Shown in pieces: positions 27,886-36,465 of a stretch of DNA of 64,000 bases (its first letter is position 1; the number at the start of each line of letters is the position of its first letter). Below the pieces are notes generated by a model, which did no database searches, was not told the DNA's origin, and worked only from the letters and a program-made list of their open reading frames with translations. Where the stretch lies: NCBI GenBank assembly GCA_022709525.1, contig JAKLIQ010000001.1, forward strand, positions 338,679-402,678, read 5' to 3'. This stretch comes from Candidatus Omnitrophota bacterium (GTDB lineage: Bacteria; Omnitrophota; Omnitrophia; Omnitrophales; Aquincolibacteriaceae). The position numbers were made by a program, and so were the translations under genes.

Positions 27886-27954
27886 TGACGGGTCTTTCGC
27901 TGCGAACGCGGGAAAAACCCAGAAAGATGCCCCGGACACCGGGGAACGTTCTTC

Positions 27955-29229
27955 ATGCCGACCGAAACAGACCGCTTGAACGCCAATAAGCTGGATTATC
28001 AGGAAGTGTTGCGGGATGTCGCCCGGATGATGGTCCGCCTCAAACGGCCTGACCGGCTCCTCAAGATCATCACGCGCTTCATTGACCGCCAGTTCGGCCT
28101 GACCCACACCTCGCTTTTGGTGCTTGATCCCCGGAAAAAGCGCTATGTCTTTGTGAACTCCAAAGGCTCGAAACGTCTTCCGGTCAGCCTTGTTAAATTT
28201 GATGTCGACCACCCGATGGTGCAATGGTTCTCGGGCTTCAAACAGAAGCAGCCTTTCCAGAAAGAATTTCTTTTTCTCTCCGATGTGAAAAAAATGCTCT
28301 CTCGCGCCGAATACCGGCTCGCTTCCAATTCCAAGGCGGATCAGCTGGCGGGCATCCAGAAAGCCATGCAGACCCTGAAAGCGGAATTGATCGTTCCCGG
28401 CTATTTCAAGGACACGCTTGTCGGCGTTCTGATGTTGGGGCGCCGGGTGAACGGGCGTTGTTTTACCAAGCAGGAGGTCACTTTTTTCCAGACGCTCGCG
28501 CATGATTGTTCTATGGCGGTCAAAACGGCCGAATACAACCAAAGCCTTGTGGAGCAAAACCAGGAACTTGCCCGGCGCCTTGAAGAGATCGAGCGGATGC
28601 GGAGCAAGGAGCAAAAAACCTACTATGAGATCATGCGTTCTCTCGCCGAGGAAGTTCACGCCAAAGAGCCCAACATCTTCGGCCATGTTTCAGAGGTGGA
28701 ACGGCTCGGCCTTATGACGGCCCGCGAGATGGGGATCGATCTTTCGGGAAAGACCAAAGACCTTCTTTCCGCGGCGTTGATCCTTCATGATGTAGGTAAG
28801 ATCGGGATTCCCGACAGCGTCCTCTCCAAACCCGGCCGGCTGACCCCCGAAGAATGGAAGATCATGAAGACCCACGTGGAAAAGGGTGCGAGGATCCTGG
28901 AACCGCTCACCGATTTTAAAAAAGTCCGCGAGATCATCCTTTCCCATCATGAACGCTTTGACGGGAGCGGTTATCCGCGGGGCCTCAAAGGAGACCAAAT
29001 ATCGATCGAGGCCAGGATCATCAGCGTGGTGGATAGTTTTCATGCGATCGTTTCATCGCGTTGTTACCGGGAAGGGCGGTCGCTTGATTTTGCCATCCAC
29101 GAGATCCGCAATTGCGCGGGCACGCAGTTCGATCCTGTCGTGGTCGACGCGTTCTTGAGGGCTCTCAAAAAAGAACTTCAAAAAAAGGGCGAGATCCCCC
29201 GTTCTCTTCTCGAATACGCCGCCGGTTAG
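27955..29229 (+). CDS. GAF-domain / HD-GYP-domain protein (likely c-di-GMP phosphodiesterase)
   Basis: HD motif LILHDVGKIGIP and GYP motif HHERFDGSGYPRGL. N-terminal half is GAF-like. Confidence 0.8.
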   Translation: MPTETDRLNANKLDYQEVLRDVARMMVRLKRPDRLLKIITRFIDRQFGLTHTSLLVLDPRKKRYVFVNSKGSKRLPVSLVKFDVDHPMVQWFSGFKQKQPFQKEFLFLSDVKKMLSRAEYRLASNSKADQLAGIQKAMQTLKAELIVPGYFKDTLVGVLMLGRRVNGRCFTKQEVTFFQTLAHDCSMAVKTAEYNQSLVEQNQELARRLEEIERMRSKEQKTYYEIMRSLAEEVHAKEPNIFGHVSEVERLGLMTAREMGIDLSGKTKDLLSAALILHDVGKIGIPDSVLSKPGRLTPEEWKIMKTHVEKGARILEPLTDFKKVREIILSHHERFDGSGYPRGLKGDQISIEARIISVVDSFHAIVSSRCYREGRSLDFAIHEIRNCAGTQFDPVVVDAFLRALKKELQKKGEIPRSLLEYAAG

Positions 29230-29257
29230 AGGCAGCTCTTTTTTTCCGACATATCGC

Positions 29258-29286
29258 TTGCGTCTCTAGGGGGGCATCAGTATAAT
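29258..29286 (+). promoter_or_regulatory. Candidate sigma70 promoter (TTGCGT-N17-TATAAT) upstream of the dksA-like gene
   Basis: ttgcgt at 29258-29263, 17-nt spacer, perfect tataat at 29281-29286. A small hairpin ggcgag-tct-cgcct sits in the leader. Confidence 0.4.
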
Positions 29287-29355
29287 GCCGCCTCAAGTTT
29301 ATAGGTTTTGGAAGGCGAGTCTCGCCTCAATTTCAAGGAAAGCAGGGTCTTATTT

Positions 29356-29820
29356 ATGAAAAAAGCGAAAAAATCCTCCAAAAAGAAAGCCAAAAAGCCG
29401 GCCAAAAAGTCTTCTTCACGACCGGTCAAAAACCCCAAGGCCAAGAAGCTCCCCAAAAGCGAACTTGAGATCTATAAAAAATTGCTTCTCCATTTACGCG
29501 GCAAGATCGCCGGCGATCTCCAGAAGATCGAGGGAGATACCCTGAGTAGCGAGCAACCGGTCAATACCGCGGAGCTTTCGGATGTAGCGGACCTTGCCAC
29601 CGACAATTACGATCGGGAACTCAATATCGGCCTCGCGTCCAATGAGCAGCAGCTCTTGAATGATATTGATATGGCCCTCAAGAAGATCGAGGACGGGACC
29701 TACGGCATCTGCGAGATCTACGGAACCCCGATCCCCAAAAAACGCCTTCTGGCGATGCCCTATACCCGCCTTTCGGTGAGGGCGCAGGAAGAAGAGGAGA
29801 AGAACAAACGTCGTCCGTGA
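29356..29820 (+). CDS. DksA/TraR-family protein with a Lys-rich N-terminal tail and a degenerate zinc finger
   Basis: Coiled-coil region ending ...ALKKIEDGTYGICEIYGTPIPKKRLLAMPYTRLSVRAQ matches the DksA C-terminal pattern, but only one of the four Cys is present. N-terminus KKAKKSSKKKAKKPAKK. Start at the MKKAKK Met. Confidence 0.55.
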   Translation: MKKAKKSSKKKAKKPAKKSSSRPVKNPKAKKLPKSELEIYKKLLLHLRGKIAGDLQKIEGDTLSSEQPVNTAELSDVADLATDNYDRELNIGLASNEQQLLNDIDMALKKIEDGTYGICEIYGTPIPKKRLLAMPYTRLSVRAQEEEEKNKRRP

Positions 29821-30275
29821 TCTTCTTCTACGGTCTTGTCGGATCTTTAGTTCTCATTGATCAGCTCTCGAAATTTCTCGCGCTTCATTATCTTTCTCCG
29901 CAAACGTCGGTTCCCGTCATTCCCGGCATTCTGGACCTGACCCTCGTGAAAAACTCCGGGGTGGCCTTTGGGCTCTTCAGCGGTTACGCGCCCGTCCTTT
30001 TTACAGTGATCACGGTCAGCCTCATTTTTCTTTTTTTTATCGCGAACCGTTCCCATCAAGTCCCGGGCAAAAACGGTTCGGACCTGGAGCGATGGGCGCT
30101 CAGTCTGATCCTCGGCGGCGCCGTCGGCAACTGGATCGACCGGCTCCGGTTCGAAGCCGTGATCGATTTTATTGATTTCCGGATCTGGCCCGTTTTTAAT
30201 ATCGCCGATATCGCCATTACCGCGGGCGTTTGTCTTTATTGCATCCGCATCCTGCGGCCCGGAAAAAGATCATGA
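29817..30275 (+). CDS. lspA: Lipoprotein signal peptidase II
   Basis: LVKNSGVAFGLFSG and NWIDRLRFEAVIDFIDF...FNIADIAIT motifs. 152 aa. Confidence 0.85.
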   Translation: MIFFYGLVGSLVLIDQLSKFLALHYLSPQTSVPVIPGILDLTLVKNSGVAFGLFSGYAPVLFTVITVSLIFLFFIANRSHQVPGKNGSDLERWALSLILGGAVGNWIDRLRFEAVIDFIDFRIWPVFNIADIAITAGVCLYCIRILRPGKRS

Positions 30276-31018
30276 AGCCAATCCTTTTTTCATTCGGGGA
30301 TATCCACCTCTATTCCTACGGGTTAAGCATTGTCATTGGGGTCCTCCTTTCCGTTTTTCTCATGAGGCGCCGCGCCCTGAAAGAAGGATTTCCCAAGCCC
30401 GATGACGTTTCGGACATGGCCTTTACGGTCTTGGTATGGGGATTTTTGGGGGCTAGGCTTTTTTATGTCGTTCAAAACTTTCCGTATTATCTCGCCCACC
30501 CGTTTAAGATCCTTGCGCTCTGGGAGGGCGGACTGATCTTCTACGGGGGCGCGATCTCGGCTTTCCTGGGTTTGATCCTGATGACCCGGAAGCGGAAATG
30601 GTCATTCTGGAAGGCCCTGGATTTCCTGACTCCTTACACAGCTTTGACGCACGCTTTCGGGAGGATCGGATGTTTTTTAAACGGGTGCTGTTACGGAAAA
30701 ACGTGCGATCTTCCGTGGGCTGTTCAATTTCCCGAGCTTTCGAGCCCCGTGCATCCGGCCCAGCTCTATGAAGCTTTCTACGATCTTCTGCTTTTCGCGT
30801 TCCTTCTTGCCCGCAGGAAAAGAGCTCGTTTTGACGGCGAGATCGGCCTCCTTTACTTTCTTCTTTACGGGATCGGCCGCTACACGATCGAATTTCTGCG
30901 AGAGCCCAGTTTTTCATGGTTCGGACTGAGTTCGAATCAGTGGCTGAGTTTCGGGATCATTACCGTTGCGTTCATTCTCTTCCAGCTGCGTCGGCGGCAA
31001 AGTTCGCATCATGACTAG
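30272..31018 (+). CDS. lgt: Prolipoprotein diacylglyceryl transferase
   Basis: Lgt signature LTHAFGRIGCFLNGCCYGK. ATGA overlap with the lspA stop. 248 aa. Confidence 0.85.
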   Translation: MKPILFSFGDIHLYSYGLSIVIGVLLSVFLMRRRALKEGFPKPDDVSDMAFTVLVWGFLGARLFYVVQNFPYYLAHPFKILALWEGGLIFYGGAISAFLGLILMTRKRKWSFWKALDFLTPYTALTHAFGRIGCFLNGCCYGKTCDLPWAVQFPELSSPVHPAQLYEAFYDLLLFAFLLARRKRARFDGEIGLLYFLLYGIGRYTIEFLREPSFSWFGLSSNQWLSFGIITVAFILFQLRRRQSSHHD

Positions 31019-31934
31019 GAACCGTTTCACGGAGTTTGTCGTCGAAGACAGGGAAGCGGGCCAGCGCCTCGATGTATTCCTCGCCGAGAAAATGTCCAGC
31101 CAACATTCGCGGGCACAGCTTCAAAAACTCATTAAAAACGAAGGCGTGCTCGTCAACGGGCGATGCGCGGCGCCGCATTATCCGGTCAAGGCAGGCGAGA
31201 AGATCCATGTTGAAAAACTCAATACGCCCGTCGAAGAACTTCCCGCCGAACCGATCCCGCTGGATATCGTTTATGAGGACGAGGATTGTCTTGTTGTGAA
31301 CAAGCCGGCCGGCATGGTCGTCCATCCCGCGCACGGGAATCCGAACCACACGCTCGTGAATGCGCTTCTTTTTCATGTCCAGAGTCTCGGGAACGCCGAG
31401 GATAAAGTCCGGCCCGGCATCGTACATCGCCTCGACAAAGACACATCCGGCCTTCTTGTGGTCGCCAAGAACGATCATGCTCACGCGAAACTCGCGCGCC
31501 AATTCAAGGAACACACGATCGACCGGGTCTATAACGCGATCGTTCGCGGCGTCGTACAGCATGACGAGGGGGTTTGCGAGGAGCCCGTGGGCCGCGCATT
31601 CCTCAACCGGAAAAAAGTGGTCGTCCGGCCCTCCGGAGGCAAGGATGCGGTCACCTTTTTCCGCGTCCTCAAGCGCTTTGAAAACGCCACGCTCGTGGAG
31701 ATCCGTCCTCAAACGGGCCGTACACATCAGATCCGCGTGCATTTCGCCCATATGGGACATCCCGTGCTGGGGGATACCCTTTATGGCGTTCCGTGTCCTG
31801 GTATCAAACGACAGGCGCTTCACGCCCTGACGCTCGGCTTCGAACAGCCCCGGACCAAAAAGAAGATCCATCTGACGAGCCAGCTCCCCGAGGACATGCA
31901 GGGCCTCCTGCGCTTTCTTGAATCACACCCTTAG
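31011..31934 (+). CDS. rluD: 23S rRNA pseudouridine synthase, RluA family (RluD-like, S4 domain plus catalytic domain)
   Basis: S4-like N-terminus (RLDVFLAEKM...), catalytic motif HRLDKDTSGLLVVAKN, VHPAHGNPNHTLVNALL. Confidence 0.8.
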   Translation: MTRNRFTEFVVEDREAGQRLDVFLAEKMSSQHSRAQLQKLIKNEGVLVNGRCAAPHYPVKAGEKIHVEKLNTPVEELPAEPIPLDIVYEDEDCLVVNKPAGMVVHPAHGNPNHTLVNALLFHVQSLGNAEDKVRPGIVHRLDKDTSGLLVVAKNDHAHAKLARQFKEHTIDRVYNAIVRGVVQHDEGVCEEPVGRAFLNRKKVVVRPSGGKDAVTFFRVLKRFENATLVEIRPQTGRTHQIRVHFAHMGHPVLGDTLYGVPCPGIKRQALHALTLGFEQPRTKKKIHLTSQLPEDMQGLLRFLESHP

Positions 31935-32070
31935 TTGGCTTATAATCAGGGGCTGTGAACCCCGTTAGATCTTTAAATCAAAATAACGTGGGAAACTTCC
32001 AAGGAAAGTAAGTCCATGAAATTTCCTTCCGAATTCAAAAATTCAGAAAAACAGGAGATCTAACGGGGTG
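31918..32070 (+). promoter_or_regulatory. Candidate promoter (TTGAAT-N17-TATAAT) plus a structured leader. A 13-bp long-range helix encloses two sub-hairpins; the 3' arm sits between the RBS and the GTG start.
   Basis: ttgaat at 31918-31923 and tataat at 31941-31946. ccccgttagatct (31960-31972) is the perfect reverse complement of agatctaacgggg (32051-32063). Inner hairpins ggaaacttcc and ggaaagtaagtccatgaaatttcc. aggag lies at 32044-32048 and GTG at 32068. Confidence 0.4.
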
Positions 32071-32739
32071 AATCCTGCTCACTGGGTTTTCTTCATCGGG
32101 ACCGTGGTTGTCTCCCTGGTTTTCGCGTTCTATGGGCAATGGGTGCTCTGGAAATATAAGACGCCTTCCTACCGGACGATCGTCACAGGCTGCGAGATCG
32201 CGCGCTTTGTCCTGGACCAGGCCGGGCTCCACCATATTGCCGTAACCCCTATCCGGCCTTCGGAGGAGTATGCTTCCGACGACGGCCTTTTCTTGGAGCC
32301 CAAGGTTTACGAGGGCCATGATTTTCTTTCGGTGTTGCAGGCCGCGCGCCAGGCGTATTTGAAGAGCCAGCTTTCCAACATGACTTTCTGGATACGCCTC
32401 AAAAAGCGCATGACTTTCGTGATCCGTTTCACGGTGCTGGCGGGCTGGATCCTTTTCGTCCCGGGCGTTTTCTTTCCGCCTTTTCGTTTTTTGATCAATG
32501 TGGGGCTCGGCTGTTTCAGTGTTGTGATGGCCCTTGTGATCTTCGATATGCCCTTTGAGCTCGAAGTCGAGGAAAAAACTTCCCATCTTCTTAAGCATTC
32601 GGGCCATTTCCAGCTGAATGAGTGGATCCGTTTGAAAAAACTGAACCAGGCCATTGCCCTTTGGGGGCTTTCGGCGATCGTGCGGGCTCCTTTCGACAAA
32701 TGCCTATGTCTTTTCGGAAAAAAGAGGAACGAGTTATGA
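32068..32739 (+). CDS. YugP-family (Zn-peptidase_2-like) membrane protein with a degenerate HExxH motif
   Basis: The pattern ...YKTPSYRTIVTGCEIARFVLDQAGL... followed by C-terminal transmembrane helices matches YugP-type putative zinc metallopeptidases. The position of the metal-binding HExxH reads AARQAYL. GTG start. Confidence 0.5.
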   Translation: MNPAHWVFFIGTVVVSLVFAFYGQWVLWKYKTPSYRTIVTGCEIARFVLDQAGLHHIAVTPIRPSEEYASDDGLFLEPKVYEGHDFLSVLQAARQAYLKSQLSNMTFWIRLKKRMTFVIRFTVLAGWILFVPGVFFPPFRFLINVGLGCFSVVMALVIFDMPFELEVEEKTSHLLKHSGHFQLNEWIRLKKLNQAIALWGLSAIVRAPFDKCLCLFGKKRNEL

Positions 32740-34205
32740 GCTTTAAGAATCTTGGGGAGTTCCTAAAGGCGCTCCGCGAGGCGGGAGAGCTTGCGGAGAT
32801 CAAGGCGCAGGTCGATCCGGCGCTCGAGGTGACAGAAATTTATGACCGCGTCGTAAAAAAAGAAGGGCCTGCTCTTCTTTTTGCGGATGTCCGCGGCTCA
32901 ACCATGCCGCTTGCGATCAATCTTTTCGGGTCTTCCAAGCGTATGGCAATGGCGCTTGGAGTTAAAGAAATTTCCGAGATCGCTGAACGCATCCGTTCTT
33001 TTCTTGATCTAAAGCCCCCGCAGGGGCTTTTTGAAAAGCTCGCGATGATCCCGAAACTTTCGGAGCTTCATGCGGTGCTTCCCAAATTCGTCAAACACGC
33101 CCCCTGTCAGGAAAAAATCATCCTCGCAGGCGAAGGGAAGATGCTAGACCGGCTTCCTGCGATCCAATGCTGGCCCAAAGACGGCGGCAAGTTCATCACA
33201 TTTCCTCTGGTCATTACCAAGGACCCCGAGACGAACAAACGGAATCTCGGGCTTTACCGGATGCATCTCTATGACGACCGGACGACCGGGATGCACTGGC
33301 AGATCCATAAAGACGGCGCCGAGCATTTCCGCAAACTCCGCAAAGGCGGCAAAGGACGGCTTCCCGTCGCCTGCGTGATCGGGGCCGACCCGGCAACCAT
33401 GTTTTCCGCGGCATGCCCGCTCCCGAGCGGCATGGATGAGCTGATGCTGGCGGGATTTCTGCGCAAGCATTCCGTCGAACTTGTTAAATGCAAGACGATC
33501 GATCTGGAGGTTCCGGCGGAAGCCGAGATCGTTCTGGAAGGTTATGTCGAAGAAGGGGAGATGCGCCTCGAGGGGCCTTTCGGCGATCACACAGGTTTTT
33601 ATTCGCGCGCGAAGGATTTTCCCGTATTCCATGTAACCTGCATGACCCATCGTAAAGACCCGGTCTATGTGACGACTGTGGTCGGCCGCGCGCCGATGGA
33701 AGATTGTTATATGGGAAAAGCCATCGAACGGATCTTTCTGCCGATGATTCAGAAACAATTTTCCGAGATCACGGACATCCATCTTCCTTGGGAGGGCGCG
33801 TTCCATAACTGTCTTATCCTTTCGATCAAGAAAAGTTATCCGGACCAGGGAAAGAAGATCATCCACGCGATCTGGGGCCTCGGGCAGATGATGTTCTCGA
33901 AAATGATCGTCGTGCTCGATCATGATACGAACATCCAGGACGTCAAAGAAGTCGCGTGGCGCGTCTTGAATAACATGGACCCGAAGCGCGATATCGTGTT
34001 CGGAGAAGGGCCTCTTGATGAGCTGGACCATGCGGCGGCCAAGGACTTTTCGGGCTCTAAGATCGGGATCGACGCCACCCGCAAAAGCGAAGCCGAAGGC
34101 ATGCAGCGTCCGTGGCCGGAAGATATCGTCATGACCGAGGAGATCAAGCGGCGGGTCGAAGAGCGCTGGCGTGAATATGGATTGGATGAAAAATATCTTC
34201 GCTAA
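32736..34205 (+). CDS. ubiD: UbiD-family prenylated-FMN-dependent decarboxylase
   Basis: 489 aa. UbiD-family features (DGGKFITFPLVITKDPETNKRNLGLYRM; ...EGPFGDHTGFY). Good RBS aagagga upstream of the ATG at 32736. Confidence 0.85.
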   Translation: MSFKNLGEFLKALREAGELAEIKAQVDPALEVTEIYDRVVKKEGPALLFADVRGSTMPLAINLFGSSKRMAMALGVKEISEIAERIRSFLDLKPPQGLFEKLAMIPKLSELHAVLPKFVKHAPCQEKIILAGEGKMLDRLPAIQCWPKDGGKFITFPLVITKDPETNKRNLGLYRMHLYDDRTTGMHWQIHKDGAEHFRKLRKGGKGRLPVACVIGADPATMFSAACPLPSGMDELMLAGFLRKHSVELVKCKTIDLEVPAEAEIVLEGYVEEGEMRLEGPFGDHTGFYSRAKDFPVFHVTCMTHRKDPVYVTTVVGRAPMEDCYMGKAIERIFLPMIQKQFSEITDIHLPWEGAFHNCLILSIKKSYPDQGKKIIHAIWGLGQMMFSKMIVVLDHDTNIQDVKEVAWRVLNNMDPKRDIVFGEGPLDELDHAAAKDFSGSKIGIDATRKSEAEGMQRPWPEDIVMTEEIKRRVEERWREYGLDEKYLR

Positions 34206-35046
34206 GGCCGCGGTTTTTCTCGAAATGATCAAATTCGAGCATTCGGTATTTGCCCTGCCGTTCGCTTATCTGGGGCTTTTTTTCGGGGTCGGCGGGGTTC
34301 CGGATTTTTTTCTTTTTTTCTGGGTCACGGTCGCCATGGTGAGCTTCCGGACGATGGCGATGGCGATGAACCGTTTGCTCGACCGGGCGCTCGACGCGGA
34401 AAACCCGAGGACGCAAGGCCGCGCGCTTCCGCAAAAAAAGATCCGGGTCCGTTCCGTCTGGATCGCGACAGCTGTATCGCTTTTGGTCTTTGAAATAAGC
34501 GCTTATTTGCTTGGGCCGCTTTGTTTCGCGCTTTCGCCCGTCCCCGTATTTTTGGCCGGGGTCTATCCTTTCACCAAACGATTTACTTGGCTTTCTCATT
34601 TTGTCTTGGGGTTGATCCTCGGGATCGCCCCTTACGGCGCCTGGATCGCGGCGACGGGGAAGTTCGGCTGGGCTCCCATGTTCCTTACGATCGGTGTTAT
34701 GTGCTGGGTCGCGGGTTTTGATATGATCTATGCGCTGCAGGATATCGATTTTGATATGAAAAAAGGACTTTTTTCTTTTCCGTCAAGATTCGGCATTGCC
34801 GCAACGCTTAAATTCACGCGTTTACTTCATGCCGCAAGCGTTTTTTGCTGGTTTGCGGCGGGATTTTTAGCGGGCATGGGGATCTGTTATTGGGTTGGCC
34901 TCATTGTTGTTACCGGATTTCTTATCCGGGAAAACCAGCTTGTCCGGAGTTTTGGCGTTTCGAAGATCAATGAGGCCTTTTTTCTTACGAATGCCGTCGT
35001 AAGCATCGTTTTATTCGTATCGGTTGTATTAGACAAGATTCTATAG
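34171..35046 (+). CDS. ubiA: UbiA-family aromatic prenyltransferase (menaquinone/ubiquinone branch)
   Basis: Nine predicted transmembrane helices and the Asp-rich motif NRLLDRALDAENPRT. Start ambiguous (ATGs at 34171, 34186, 34225). Confidence 0.8.
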   Translation: MNMDWMKNIFAKAAVFLEMIKFEHSVFALPFAYLGLFFGVGGVPDFFLFFWVTVAMVSFRTMAMAMNRLLDRALDAENPRTQGRALPQKKIRVRSVWIATAVSLLVFEISAYLLGPLCFALSPVPVFLAGVYPFTKRFTWLSHFVLGLILGIAPYGAWIAATGKFGWAPMFLTIGVMCWVAGFDMIYALQDIDFDMKKGLFSFPSRFGIAATLKFTRLLHAASVFCWFAAGFLAGMGICYWVGLIVVTGFLIRENQLVRSFGVSKINEAFFLTNAVVSIVLFVSVVLDKIL

Positions 35047-35056
35047 GAGTTAATTC

Positions 35057-35620
35057 ATGAAGCCTTATGTAGTGGCGATCACGGGAGCAAGCGGGGTGAT
35101 CTATGGGGTGCGACTGGTAGAAGTGCTGGCCGAACAAAGGATCCCCGTGGAGCTTGTAGTGTCGGATACGGCGAAGATCGTCATGAAAGAGGAGTTGGGA
35201 AGCGAAGCTGATTTTAAGAAGCAAAGCGTTTCCATTCACGATCTCCACGATTTCACCGCGCCGATCGCAAGCGGGTCGTATCCGACGGCGGGGATGGTTA
35301 TTATCCCTTGCAGCATGGGAACGCTCGGGGCGATCGCATCGGGTCTTAGCCAGAACCTTATTCACCGCGCCGCGGATTGTACGATCAAAGAAGGCCGCAA
35401 GCTTATTCTTGTGCCGCGTGAGACGCCGCTTTCAGCCATTCATCTCGAAAACATGCTCAAGCTTGCGCGTCTTGGCGTCAAGATCGTGCCGCCCATGCCG
35501 GCTTTTTACTCCGCTCAAGAAAAGATCTCCGACCTTGTCGATTTTGTGGTGGGTAAAGTGCTCGATCAGATGGGCGTCCCGCATGCGCTCTATCCCCGTT
35601 GGGTGGGAAAGGCGGCATGA
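35057..35620 (+). CDS. ubiX: Flavin prenyltransferase UbiX (partner of UbiD)
   Basis: MKPYVVAITGASGVIYGVRLVEVL...IIPCSMGTLGAIASG. 187 aa. Confidence 0.88.
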   Translation: MKPYVVAITGASGVIYGVRLVEVLAEQRIPVELVVSDTAKIVMKEELGSEADFKKQSVSIHDLHDFTAPIASGSYPTAGMVIIPCSMGTLGAIASGLSQNLIHRAADCTIKEGRKLILVPRETPLSAIHLENMLKLARLGVKIVPPMPAFYSAQEKISDLVDFVVGKVLDQMGVPHALYPRWVGKAA

Positions 35621-36465
35621 GATCCCAAGTAAGCCTTCGCGTCGGCAGAATTTGTTATTTGAACTGCCTTCCGTTCTTTTTCCGTCTTCCGGAACTTTTT
35701 TCATCGAACGGTGCGGAGACCAGAGTGGATTTTTTTCAGTCACATCCCGCGGCTATCAACGAGGCGATGCAAAAGGGGGAGATCGATGCGGCGCCCGTTT
35801 CAGCTTTGGAATATTTCCAACGTCAAAACGATTATCTTCTGCTCTCGGAGCTCGCGATCGGGACGCGGCTTTTTGCCAGAAGCGTTCTTCTGCTTTCCCA
35901 TAAAAAGATCGAAGAGCTTGACGGCGCGAAGGTCGCTCTTTCCCGGGAGAGTCTTAGTTCTGCGGGCCTGCTGAGGATCCTCCTCAAAAAAAGATACGGC
36001 CACAACAACACGTTTGAGGTAGCGGACCAGGATCCGGAGGTTATGCTCCGGAATTATCCCGCCGCGCTCGTGATCGGCGATCAGGCGCTTTTTTGCCAGC
36101 CCAAGGAATTGATCTACAAGTACGATCTCGGGGAATCTTGGTATACTTGGACCGGAAAACCGTTCGTGTTCGCTCTTTGGGCCGTGCGTAAAGATTTTGC
36201 GGCCAAACACCCCGGCCCCATTCGTTCCTTCTGCGCGCTTTTAAAAGAAACTCTTCTGGATAATTTGGCGAATCTTGAAAATATCCTCGAACATTCCTTC
36301 GGGATCACGCCCTCGGACAAGCGTTTCTGCCAAACTATCGGGTATCTTGTGAATCTTCAATACCAGCTGGACAAGACCATGAAAGAAGGCGTGGAGCATT
36401 TTTTTGAGCTCGCCCATGCCGAAGGTCTGACGCCGGCGCCTCAGCCTTTACGGTTCTTCGAATGA
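35617..36465 (+). CDS. mqnA: MqnA/MqnD-family protein (futalosine-pathway menaquinone biosynthesis; MqnA-like chorismate dehydratase)
   Basis: N-terminal RVGRICYLNCLPFF matches the MqnA G-x-I-x-YLN-x-xP motif. Periplasmic-binding-protein-like fold, length 282 aa. ATGA overlap with ubiX. Confidence 0.65.
   Translation: MRSQVSLRVGRICYLNCLPFFFRLPELFSSNGAETRVDFFQSHPAAINEAMQKGEIDAAPVSALEYFQRQNDYLLLSELAIGTRLFARSVLLLSHKKIEELDGAKVALSRESLSSAGLLRILLKKRYGHNNTFEVADQDPEVMLRNYPAALVIGDQALFCQPKELIYKYDLGESWYTWTGKPFVFALWAVRKDFAAKHPGPIRSFCALLKETLLDNLANLENILEHSFGITPSDKRFCQTIGYLVNLQYQLDKTMKEGVEHFFELAHAEGLTPAPQPLRFFE

Noticed and set aside
27820-28686. 288-aa minus-strand ORF overlapping the response-regulator 3' end and the HD-GYP gene
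   Set aside because: The plus-strand ORF carries intact GAF and HD-GYP motifs. The minus ORF has no recognisable features and overlaps two plus-strand genes.
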